This document shows, piece after piece, positions 52,157 to 64,000 of a stretch of 64,000 nt of DNA. Source of the DNA: Paraspadella gotoi (lineage: Eukaryota > Animalia > Chaetognatha); NCBI GenBank assembly GCA_051294375.1, contig CM119271.1, positions 3,682,610 to 3,746,609 on the forward strand. The letters run 5' to 3'. Numbering within the stretch: the stretch's first letter is position 1; every line of letters starts with the position of its first letter. The position numbers and the translations under genes are program-made. Below the pieces are notes generated by a model that saw nothing but the letters and a program-made list of their open reading frames with translations, was not told the origin of the DNA and made no database searches.

Positions 52157-54657
52157 AAGAAGCTTCAATAGATCAGTGGATGATTTTACAAATAATTGTA
52201 TTTTGTATTTTGTATTTTAACCGTCCGTCTTCCTCACAAAAAAAAAAGAATAAAAAAGGGTTTAAAATTGTTAAACAAGAAGATAGAAAAATGAGAAATG
52301 ATAAAGTTTAAACGAAGGAACGAGCACACGAGCTGAAGTGTCCATTGTTAGCACAAGTGCTTTAGCACTTCGGTTGTTTTTGCGTGACGAGGAAAAAGTG
52401 AAAAAAAAAGAGGAGAAAATTTTGGACTAAAGACTGAAAAATGGCGGAAAGAGGGTGGGTGGCGAAGGGGAAGAGGGAAGGAAGAAAGGAAGAAAAAAAA
52501 GGAAATGATAAGGCAAGAAGGAAGAGAAGAAATGGGGAAGAAGAGGGAAAGAGGGAAGAAATAAGGAGGGAAGAAAGGAGGAAAAAAGAAAGGAAAGAAA
52601 GGAAGAAAGAAGGGGAAGGAGTTGGAAAGAAAGAAGAAAAAAAAAGAGGGAAAGTAAGACGGATATAAAGGAAAGAAAGAAGGTAAAAGGGAAGTGCAAC
52701 AACTGTTGGATAAAACGTTGAAATGAAAATTAAAACTGGGAAAGTAAAAGTTTGAAAACAAAAGGAAACCGGGTATAATGGGAAAAGGTTAAATATAATG
52801 TTATCTCATAAGAAAGGCAAAGATAAAGAAAAGAAGCAAAGCAAAGAAAAAAGTAGAGAAGAGAAAAAAATGACCCCCCCCTAAAAAATGAGACCCCCCC
52901 AAAAAAAAAAATGTGGGAAAAACTTTTGAGAAGAAAAAAACATCAGGAGACGCGAGTCAAGAAGAAAATGGGGAAACAGTAAATGAAAAAAAAGAAAAAA
53001 GGAAAACATAAAAGGAAACGAGTTTGACTGTTGAGAAAAAGAAGATGGCGACTGAACGAATGAAGAAGAGAAAAAGAGAAATCGGGGGGAAAAAAATTTG
53101 AGGCGCTAGAAATTGCGGGAAGAAAAAAAGAAGATGAAAGGAAAGAGGGAAAGAGAAAGAAGGAAGAGGAAAGTGAAAGAGAAGAAGAGGGAAAGGAAAG
53201 AGCAGGAATAGGGAAGAGAAGAGAAGAATAGAAAGAGAAAGAGAGGAAGGGAAAGAGAAAGAGAGGAGAGGAAAAGAAAGGAGGAGAGGGAAAGAAAAAG
53301 AGGAAGGGAAAGGAAGAGAGGAGGAGAAGAGGAAGAAGAGGGAAAGAGAAAGAGAGAAAGAGAGAAAGATAGAAAGAGAGAAAGAAGGGAAGGAAAAAGA
53401 GAGGGAAGAGGGGGAAATAGGGAAAAGAGAGGAAACGAAAGAGAAGAAATGAGGGAGAGAAAAAAAAGGATTTAAAAATTCCCCCCACACACACAAAAAA
53501 AGGAAAAGACAAAAAAAAAATGAAATAAAGAAGAGAAGAAAAAGGAAATGAAAGGAAATTGGGAGAAAGAAGAATCTCGAGCAAAGGAAATGCGGAGAAT
53601 GCGCGACATTCTCGGCGAATAGGAGGAGAGGGGAGTAGAGGGTGGAGATAGAGGAACGGACGGCGCGGGGGGGGCTTTTCTCCGGTCGCAAAAGAAATCA
53701 TTTTCTATATATATTAATATATAAAATACTTCTGCCCGTCAATAAAAACGAATTAGTACCTATCGATTAGTACTGGTATACTAGAAGAGAAAAAAAATAA
53801 TTTTATTTTATTGCCGAAATATTTTGAATTTTTGATATTGTAAAAAAAAAAAAAAGAGTGAAAGCCCTATTGATCGCGAAGATCTCAAATCGAACCGAGC
53901 AGCTGGGATTGGCTCGGACGCAAGAGCCCTAGGTCCCCGTTTCTTTCGGGCTTCGCCGCCTCGGGATCGATAAACTTGACGCCCTTTAATCCCGCCCCTT
54001 ATTTTACAATGCGTGAATGATTAAGAAGCCCCTTGGTGACCCATTTGGTGGTGATACCCGATAGAGGATTTCTTTCTTTGCGCGACGAAGATCCGCGAGG
54101 AAACGACTTTTCTGATTTTCTGTCGCGAAGCCAGTGGGTTCAATGTTTTCTCAGCTTCTCACAGCAATGACATAACGTGTCAGTCTTTGTCACACACAAC
54201 GATTCGCCCCTAATTTATGCGTGACCGGAACAGAGAACCGCCTCTCTCCCTTAAGGGTCAACGACTCGGCGAACCTTTCAACGCTGATTGGTCGCCCGCA
54301 AAGTCGCGCGCTGATTGGTCGCGCACCCTGTCGAAGAAAAAAAAAAAGAACAATGGCCCCGGCGAACGAAGGTTGCTGAGAAAAAAAAAAGGGCATCGCG
54401 AAGGAAAAATCCGGTAGAAACGAGGGTCGGGTGCAAAGAGGTAAGTGCGGGTGAGGAATGAATCGATGCCGACGGTGACGATAAATTTTGGAGAAACGTG
54501 ATTGGTTTGTCAAGAGGCCAATGAGCCGGTAGCGCGGGGAAAATAGAAAAAAAATGGTAGATGGGGAAGAAAAAAAAAAGCAAAGCTGTGGATAAGGCGC
54601 TTAGTGGGCTGAAGAGTGCTATCCGTAACTTCTTTTACCCCCTGAAGCAGCCATGGA
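47397..54657 (+). repeat. Second copy of block 23117-30347
   Basis: Appears base-identical for about 4.2 kb, then differs by many small indels. Confidence 0.95.
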
Positions 54658-54807
54658 ACTGGTCCTGGACTTGGAACCAGGATTGAGGGATTTCCGGGGC
54701 CGCGCGGAAGTTTAAGGCCGACCTCACGCTTTCCGCAGGGTAGGGTATCATTGGGGATCGGTCCCAGTAGCTCAAGGGTCATGAGTTGATGGTATTACTC
54801 AATGAGC
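54587..54807 (-). mobile_element. 5'-truncated copy 3 of the twister-bearing LTR-like element
   Basis: Reverse complement: GCTCATTGAGTAATAC...GTGAGGTCGGCCTTAAAC...CCCTCAAT-CCTGG-TTCCAAGT-CCAGG...GGCTGCTTCAGGGGG...CTTCAGCCCACTAAGCGCCTTATCCACA. Confidence 0.75.
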
Positions 54808-54809
54808 AA

Positions 54810-55070
54810 ACGGAGCAACTTTAGAAGCCTCTTTTCGGTCGGTCTGTCTGTCCGTTGGTCTGTCTCACTTACTTACGCGCCGCCTTCAGGAAATCTTTAA
54901 AACTATAAGGAACAAAAGACGGTAGTTCGATGCAGCGCATGTTATAAATACAAGAGCTAAGAAAGTTTTTTTTGTCATAGCATGTCATATCACGTGATCA
55001 AAGGGAAATACACGTGGTAATAAAGTTACTGCGGTGCAACGCATTGTAATCACCGTTCTTGTTTTTTTTT
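54810..55070 (+). mobile_element. HINE-like element, 5'-truncated single copy
   Basis: CGGAGCAACT head remnant, GTCY repeats and 3' end GCGGTGCAACGCATTG...GTTCTTGTTTTTTTTT. Confidence 0.65.
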
Positions 55071-55224
55071 AAATAGAAGGCGAGAAAGAAGGAAATAGGG
55101 GGGAATAAGGGGAAGTTGGGGAGGGGTAGGGGGTTAGTGGGTCTATTTATGAAGAAGTGAAAAGTGTGTGACAATATGAGAGAACGGTGGAAGGAAAAGA
55201 ATGAAGAAATCCAGGCGGCGAGGA

Positions 55225-55290
55225 TATTCATAATCCTGATATGAATTATAATCCTGATATGAATCATAATCCTGATATTCATAATTCTGA
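55225..55290. repeat. 18-bp tandem repeat (ATAATCCTGATATGAATY), 3-4 copies
   Basis: Directly visible. Confidence 0.8.
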
Positions 55291-57673
55291 TTTAAGACTT
55301 GAGGGAGTGGTTGTTTTCGACAATTGAAACATCTTATAGAAATATTATACCACTTTATTGATAGGTAGTTTTTAAATAAGACTGTGTCGGAGTCTTGGAT
55401 CGAAAGCTTGCAGGGACCTGCTATGTCATTATCTTGTAAGAGAGATGCAGGCGTGAACTGAACACCCCCATAGCCAGTCCAAAGTCAGGGGAAAGATAGC
55501 ACATTTATTTAAAGAATGAATAACTTTTATATTAGTTGTACCAATGTCATAGCATAAATATGAAGTTTTGCCAAATGAGGCGGAGGCGAAATGAGAGGAT
55601 CATTCGATATAGAGATTGAGAAACCAGGCGAAGTGAGGACTCGTGAAGGAGTTAAGCTAAATGTAATAAATCAGGCGCCTGCGGAAATCGTTCAGACGAG
55701 AGAGAGATGATGAGAAGAGAGAGAAGAGAGAGAGAGATGAGAGAGAGAGAGACGCGTAACGAGCGACCGACATAACCTTTAGAATCCAGAGAGAGGGAGG
55801 ACGCGAGGAAAGATGGCAGAGAGAGAGGCGTGAATCTGTGTTTAGGCGTAGGCTCGCCCGCTCTACAGCGTTGGATGAGAGAAAGAGAAATGGAGAGAGA
55901 GACGAGAGAGAGAGAGAGACAAACTGACGAGAGAGAAGCACGACGCAGAGACAAGAGACTGAATGAGAGAGAATTCGACTGATGAAGAGAGAGAGAGAGA
56001 GAGAGTCGAAATGTGGAAAAGGGCACATTTCAGCCGAAAGAAGCCGTTTCGTCGACGACATTGTCAGTTCACATTTTTCTTTTCGATGGGAAAAAACTAA
56101 TTAAAAAAAACAAAAAACATTTTGGGTCGTCCTTTGGATACAATTGGTTTTGTAATTAGACTAAGAGCGATTGTTACGTTGTCCTTTTGTTATTTGTACA
56201 ACGATGATTTCGGAAATTAGTCGGTAATAGTTTGTTTTTTTTTTTTGTTTTTTTTAAAGAGGTTTCAGGTTTTACTTTTTAATCCTTTTTAATGCCATGA
56301 TGGATTTTGTAGAGAACGTGTTGGAAATTCAAGTCAGGGTTTTTTTTTATTGGCGAATCGAGAAAAAGTGTTTTTTTTTTTTGTAATCCAGTGCAGTTTT
56401 AAAAAATCAGTTAATCCACAACAATCAGAAAAATAAGGTTTTTTTTTTTATGAAGTCGATTCGGGATTTATTCGGCAAACGTTTTTTTCAGCGCTTCAAT
56501 GCTACGAGTTTATCAAAAATATAGGGAGATGTAGCTTTTTCGAAAAAGATCGAAAAAATAATATACTCGTGTATATTTAAATAATTAAGGTAAATCGGGG
56601 TGTTAAAGATATATACGGAAAAATACAAAAAGTGTTGTAACTAACCGAAAATTAATTGACATTAGATAGGATCAAAAACAAAATTCACCTAATTTCAAAA
56701 AATGTAATATTTTCCTTTTTTTTTTAATTAAATTTATGGCCAGTATTTCTCATAATTGTCGTTGTCGAAGACAATATTTTTCGATGTCTTTTGTTTTCTG
56801 CTTAAGACGAAATCCGAAAGATGGAGTGTCGTTCGGATTTTTCTTTTTTTTTNNNNNNNNNNNNNNNNNNNNNNNNNNNNNNNNNNNNNNNNNNNNNNNN
56901 NNNNNNNNNNNNNNNNNNNNNNNNNNNNNNNNNNNNNNNNNNNNNNNNNNNNNNNNNNNNNNNNNNNNNNNNNNNNNNNNNNNNNNNNNNNNNNNNNNNN
57001 NNNNNNNNNNNNNNNNNNNNNNNNNNNNNNNNNNNNNNNNNNNNNNNNNNNNNNNNNNNNNNNNNNNNNNNNNNNNNNNNNNNNNNNNNNNNNNNNNNNN
57101 NNNNNNNNNNNNNNNNNNNNNNNNNNNNNNNNNNNNNNNNNNNNNNNNNNNNNNNNNNNNNNNNNNNNNNNNNNNNNNNNNNNNNNNNNNNNNNNNNNNN
57201 NNNNNNNNNNNNNNNNNNNNNNNNNNNNNNNNNNNNNNNNNNNNNNNNNNNNNNNNNNNNNNNNNNNNNNNNNNNNNNNNNNAAAAAAAAAAAAAAATGA
57301 CGTGAAAGTTTTAACGCATTTACAAAAAGAGTTTATTTATTTAATTATTTTTGTTTACGCCATAATATAAAATAAACATTTGAATTAGTACGATCTGTGC
57401 GCATGACGAAAAATAATGGAGATAAAAATACTAAAATTTGCCACATAAAAATATTTTTTTGCTTTTAAGTTCTTTCGCTTTTTTTTCGATCCAAAAAACA
57501 TAACCTTGAATATATTAAAAAAAAAGTCACGGACGCCAGGAGAGAGAGAGAAAAAAAAGAGAGATAATTCGATAAGAGAAAAAAAAAACAATAATTATTT
57601 TCGACGCTCGCGCGTTCTCTCTCGGCACACGTTTCAACGCCCCCGCGTCAAACGCGCTCGCCTGTATCGTCGA

Positions 57674-57790
57674 TCACGTGACGCCACGCCACTTCCGGTG
57701 GCGTCGATTTCCGGTTGCGTCGACTTCCGGCGACTGCGAGTGACACGAGAAGGAATCACGTGATTCTATCGCCACGTGACTCACTTCCGG
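57674..57790. promoter_or_regulatory. Cluster of 3 CACGTGA E-boxes and 4 ETS-type (A[C/T]TTCCGG) motifs in CpG-rich DNA
   Basis: TCACGTGAC 57674, GAATCACGTGATTC 57753, CACGTGAC 57773. ACTTCCGG at 57691, 57723 and 57783; ATTTCCGG at 57707. Confidence 0.45.
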
Positions 57791-57860
57791 TTTTCTCATG
57801 GACGAAAACTGGTGGATCGCGGGAATGGAAGCGACTCTTCTCTCTCTCTCTCGTCTTCTC

Positions 57861-57899
<39 letters not shown>

Positions 57900-60800
57900 T
57901 CTCTCCATCTCCTCTCTCTCTGTAAGCTCTGTACCTCTATCTTTCCTGTCTGTCTCACTCTCTGTCTTTTTTTCCATTTCTTTTTTGTAACGCTGTATTA
58001 GACGCTCGGCACTTATCGTCTTGTTCATTCTTTTTCTATGATTTTGCCTTTCTCTCTCCCTCTTCTTCCTCTCCGTTCTCTCTCCTCTACGTCGGTTCTC
58101 TCTCCTGCTGGTGGCTCTCTCTCTCTACTCTCTCCTCGCCCTGGCGGCTCGCTGCCTCCTCTCTTCTCCCCTCTCCTCCTCCTTTCATCCTGCTCCTCTC
58201 TCGTCTCTCTCCTCCTCGTCTCTCGCTCCTCTATCTCTCGTCTCCTCTCTCTCTCTTCTCTCTTTTCTTTCATAAAGGGCAAACAAAAAGAAGCACTCTC
58301 CTCGCGAATCCAAGTATCATGCTGTAACAAGAAAGACCGAGGAAGATTCTCGTGTCAGAAAAATCCGCGAGAAAGTACAAGACGTTTTCATGGGCAGCGG
58401 TAGTGAGAGCGAGTCGTTTTTCTCGGGAATATCTCGGTGTGATTTTTTTTTACAGTAGAGATAGCGAGCGAAAAAAAAAAATTATATACACGTTGTTTTA
58501 ACTGAAATTCTGAAAAAAAAAATTTATTGGCGAATAAAATCAAAAATGTGAAAAATACGATTAATAAATTTAAAAATCTGGATTTATTAGAAAATTTTAA
58601 ATCGAATACCCATTATCTTTTTGATGAAAAGAACGTACGCCAAAATTGTCAAATTCACCTTCTTTATCATCACATATTTTTTTAAACAATTTAAAAATAT
58701 CATTACGCCCCATTTTAGTTTTATACGTGGCGCGATTAAAAAAAAAAAGAATAAAATCCGCGGCAAAAAAAGAAAAAAAAAGAAAAAAAAAATATGGCGC
58801 AGTTCATTGCGGTATTCCACCGACACACCGCCTCTTTCGCCATCGTCGTCGCTCGTCTCGTTGTTCTTAAACGTTCGCCACGAGGAGAGAAACTGTCGAG
58901 CGACTACGATACGGCGTCTAGACGTCGCTCAAGCTTGACGACACCAACTCCTTTTTTTTTTTGACGCTGCGTGACGCGACGTTACGCGGCGTCACACGGC
59001 GCGCGAACGGAAGCGAAATCGGGTTGGTTTGACGTCACGGATCGACGACGCGGTCTCTTTGACTTTCGCGGAAAAAAAAAAAATAGTCGTTGGCGATGTC
59101 GTCTGATGTCGTTTGAGAGGCGTTGCAGTGACTTTCGTTATGATATCTTTTTCAATTGCAAGCGTCGTTGTCGTTGTTATGATTTATTCGTCACGTGTCA
59201 AACCAAACGGAATAAATTTTATCCCGAAGCAGATGTCATCGATGTCGTCGTCGTCGTCGTCGTCGTTTTCCCGAGTGCGATCCCCTGCCTTTGCTGAATC
59301 AACACTCAACCGTGTGAAGTTGAATTTGATTTAGATTTTTTCCGGAAATAGTAAATGTTTTCGTGCTGTTCAATAGATGGGAATTTTTGTCCATCAAGAT
59401 ATATCGAGTTAGTTTTTTTATGATATGTGCTTTGAAAATCAAATGTGACGTTCGTTTAAGATTATTTTCGCATATTTTTTCACATGAAAAAAAGATAATA
59501 TAGATAGGAGTCTACGTCGTTCTTAGAGATCAAGGAAGACTTTTTCAATGGAGATTTTCGTTCAAATCTGACTACCAAACAATATAAACGCTCCTGGTAA
59601 AAATTCTGGTAAAATATCGATGTAAAAACACTTAATTCCGATACTGTTGCATCTGAAGGGGTCGCATTTTTTTTCTCTTGTCAAATCATCATCTTGATAT
59701 CAAACAAGCCAGAACAAATAGACTGCTTCTGGATGGAAAAATTTTCCATCTCTGATTTTATATAGAAATGAAAGGGATTTTTTTCCTTGAAAACGATATA
59801 AACGTGACTGAGGTATGTTCCTGTTCAACAAATGAGGTCCAATTTTGGAATCCTTTGGCAAAGTGTCTGAAGGGCTTTCAAAATTTTTCTTTACATTTTA
59901 TTAGGTTATTTTGATATGATACGATCATGGTAAAGTGAATTAGTGCATTTTGGTGAAATTTTTATTTAAAGTAAAAGTAAAAGAGGAGCTAACGATCGGA
60001 ATTCTAAGAGTTTTCAACCAGGAGTCAGATTCGGGAAAAATCTTCTATGGCAAGAATCTTCCAAAGAAGGGGTGAATTTTCCAAAGATTTTGGTTAATAT
60101 TTTCTATATTCATAATCGGATTTTTTTGAAACTTAATATTAACAATATTGCCATCATTCTACCTTGCCCGGTATAAGAATATATTAAAAAAACCTCGGGC
60201 TTTGTTCGTCAGAGCTTAGTCCTAATATAGATAATTAACTTAAAAAAGATATTCTTTTTAAATCCATCTTTCCGTATATGACGCCATAGTCGCATTGACC
60301 CAATTAATTTCTCCTCAACCCGGTTGCCAGTATTTGACAGGCACCGACCCGGCTCGAATCTCTTTCAGTATCTAACTGGCATTGGCCCCAGTTGGACTTT
60401 TCTCTTCTGCTCCTATAAAAGCTCCTCGAAAAGGCTCTCGGGTCAAATTTTGACCCTGAAGGAAAAAGGGGTAAGGGGCGGGGGCATTTCGAGGTTCGGT
60501 TTTTGACGTACCGAGGTATATAAAAAGTTTAAATAAATAATTTATTTTTGAATTAGTTCCTGGATTTGATATTATTTTTACAGATTCAGTTATCAGTAGG
60601 TTCAGACAATTCTAAATTGGGGGAAAAAAATAAACAATAAGGTTCTTCCCAGATGCCGTTCAAACTTGAATTATTCCCCGATTATGAAGCCATATTTTTT
60701 TTCAACGGACGCGCCATTAATTTGCCCTTTTTCGCTATTAAGCGGTCGTATCGCTCAACTTCAGTTGAAAATTATGTCGCTAATTAACATAAATTAGGTA

Positions 60801-62019
60801 CTCATAAATCCGCCCTTTTTTTTTCATAAATATTTAATGACTTTTCCGGTAAAATATATGAAAAATCAAGTTATGCATATATATAATGTATATATAAATA
60901 AAAAAATTGTATAACGTGACGTGAAAATGTTTACACAGAATATTGTACATTGAAGTTAAATACGTATAAAGCTGGAGGGCTCGAGGGTCCCGGATGTAAT
61001 TGGGCTCAATGAATTCGCGATTCGGTGGGAATGAAGAATCGTCAGTCGTTGCTTTTCATCGTTGCCTCCTCGACTGTCGGTTCTGGCGGCAAATGGTCGA
61101 CAAAGAACAGCAATTTCCGGCACTTGCAGAGGAAAGATAGAGAGGGAATGAGAGAGAGAGAGACAGAGAGAGAGGGAGAGACGGAGAGTGACAGACTCGT
61201 TATAAAGTAAAAAAACTATAAAAGAGAAAAACAGAAAGATTATTAATTTTAACTTTTTTTAACTCACGAATTCACAGGTTGTACCGTAGCCACTTATTGA
61301 AACATAAAACGAACGTGTTGCTCCGATAGCTACGACGACGCTACCGATGCTGGGATATCGCCTGGGGGGGCCGAACGTCTGGTAGCCGTGACCGAGACTG
61401 GAAGAACGAGAGAACTAACCTAATTTTGGTTGAAAGGAAAAAGAAGGAAAGGCAAGGGAGGAAGGAAAAGGAAAAAAAAAAAGTTGGGAAGAAAAGAAAA
61501 TGAAATCCGGATAAAAGCGGAAGAAGAAAAAAGGAAAAAAAAAAAAAGGGAAATTGAGGAAAACAAATTAAAAAGTGGAACGCAAATGAAGAGAGAAATT
61601 TGATGCTCGAGCAGCGCGTTCGATGTCTGAAAATGCTCAGTTTTTATACGAACAGTTTAAAAAAAAAAAAATTAATCAAACAAAGTGATCTGGGTAAGCG
61701 CTCTTCGGAAATGATCAAAGGGTCTAAAATCTTCCCGTTTTTCGTTTGTCGTAAAAACATTTTAACGACCACCACAATTACATCGTGTAAAACAAGCAGA
61801 AATAATCATCCGGTTATGTCCCCGATGCTGCATTCCTCTCCCCCCCCTCTTTTGTTTTTCTATTAATTTATGAGTCAATAAATGTCGTCGCCAGTTGAAC
61901 AAATGAACATCATTAATCCGTCCTGACTGATTCGCAGTGCGACTCGATACGACGGAGAAAGAAGCAATAATAAAACCTTTTTTATATCTTTTTTTAACAG
62001 GAAAATAAAGGCATTTTGA

Positions 62020-62140
<121 letters not shown>

Positions 62141-62594
62141 CCGCCAAGAAGTCTGCGTTTTCTTTTCAACACAATCATCAGTTTCTAATTAAAGAAGTTT
62201 ACTTTGTTTATCTTCATGTTCCTCATTGTTTAATCACTGAAGGCAGTTATTAGACTTTAGACGTTATTAGACGTATTTGCTCTTCCGTCGATAATGAATG
62301 ATGCAGAGGGCACTGTAATTTTTTTAGTTCTTCATAAAGATTTTTTTTTTCGGCTTCTTCTTTCGCCGGTAATTCTATTTTGCTATGTCATCATTTTCTT
62401 TTATCTTCTTCGCTATAAATATCATTATATAAGACCGCAATCTTCGTAGGTGTCATCAGCTGACAGAAAAGAAGCCTTACGTCTCAACCTCATTGTCGTC
62501 ATTCTCAAGGTCATTGTCGGCTTAATTCTCCTTTAATATATTCTTTACCATCACATTTTGTTCAATTTCGTAATTTTAGGGGTAAACGTCCTTT

Positions 62595-62629
<35 letters not shown>

Positions 62630-62865
62630 TTCCCAAGCCTCTCGTCGTTAAAACGATTAAAAACAACGAAAAAATTCACGATTTTCTTTCATTAGTTTTT
62701 TTTTTATTAGATTTTTTTGTGTAGATTGGTTTATTCGATTTTTTTTATCCATTGATAATCCATAATTTGTTCATTAAATTATTCAAAGTTGATTTATGCG
62801 AAAATTGCGAAGGAAAGCGAAATATCCATATCGAAAAGAAGGCGGAATTCTTATTTGACGTCTCT

Positions 62866-62951
<86 letters not shown>

Positions 62952-63092
62952 GTTCATTTCTCTTTCGGATCGATTTGATTCGTATTCCAAAGCACGAATT
63001 TTGTCAGCGTCGTATGTAGACAATCGGTTAATCCATTAGATATTCCATTTCTTTGATAATACTCGTAGAGAGAGAAGAAAGAAAGAAAGAAA

Positions 63093-63167
<75 letters not shown>

Positions 63168-63407
63168 AAGGAGAGACGATGAAATCTGAAATTTGAGTAA
63201 AGGTTGAGCGATGTAAGGTTTTTATCAATGCGAGGGCGACGACGACGATGACGACGACGACGGCGACGAAAACCACAGAGTTGAAGAGACGATTAGAAGG
63301 AAAAGAAGAGAAGGAATAGAAATCCGAGAAATAATTTTGTTTAGCCAAAATGACGAAAAGTCATTTTTTTTTAGAGAGAGAGAGAGAAGAGAGAGAGAGG
63401 AGAAGAG

Positions 63408-63450
<43 letters not shown>

Positions 63451-63604
63451 CCTGGGTGATAACGGCGAATAGAGAGAGAGTACAGAGAGAGAGAGAGGGA
63501 GAGAGAGACAGAGAGAGACCCGCGCGCCCGAGCACAACGCACGCGACTCATGTCGCTCTCGCGCTCTCACCCCCCGCGACGTCGTGGGGCCGAAGCCAAA
63601 CCTA

Positions 63605-63702
63605 CCAATCGGAAGCCTAGGCGACGAAGCTGATCGGACCAATCACAAGTCGAGGCGACGGAGCCGATCAGAACCAATCAAAGGCCGAGGCGGCAAACCA
63701 AT
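63605..63702 (+). promoter_or_regulatory. Four co-oriented CCAAT boxes in a CpG-rich patch
   Basis: CCAAT at 63605, 63639, 63674 and 63698 (spacing 34, 35, 24). Confidence 0.35.
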
Positions 63703-63760
63703 GGAAACGCTTCAGAACGGACGACCGCGGGAGCGACGAGAAGACGAAAACCGGGGCCCG

Positions 63761-63838
<78 letters not shown>

Positions 63839-63967
63839 AAAAAAATTAAAAGAAAAAGAAGAAAAAAATTAAACCGCAAAAAGAAAGAAGAAAAATGGAG
63901 AAAGGAAGCCGTCAAGAAAGGGAACGCTCTTCTCTCTCTCTCTCTCTCTCTCCTCTCTCTTCTCTCT

Positions 63968-64000
<33 letters not shown>

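Overview
Repeat-rich eukaryotic (probably invertebrate animal) scaffold. It has ten N-gaps and long stretches of indel-rich, apparently unpolished long-read sequence, and almost all ORFs in the supplied track are microsatellite or gap artefacts. Two protein-coding loci are supportable, both on the minus strand. One is a GC-rich exon of a FAM155/NALF/NLF-1-like (NALCN auxiliary subunit) gene at ~17.7-19.4 kb. The other is a frameshifted, intron-containing standalone condensation-domain/alcohol-acetyltransferase-like gene with an HHxxxDG motif at ~35.1-37.7 kb, which the ORF track misses. The most interesting non-coding signal is a ~230-315 bp element present four times (two complete, two partial). 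It has TGT...ACA ends, a 4-bp target duplication and a TATA box, and its core matches the twister ribozyme consensus, so it is a candidate twister-bearing LTR retrozyme-like element. Also present: a tRNA-derived SINE-like family, Helentron-associated (DINE-1/HINE-like) elements, a 71-bp satellite, minisatellites, a nested insertion with a 5-bp TSD, and large duplications (19.5-23.1, 23.1-30.3 and 47.4-54.7 kb) that look like gap-filling artefacts. All calls were made by eye, without database searches.
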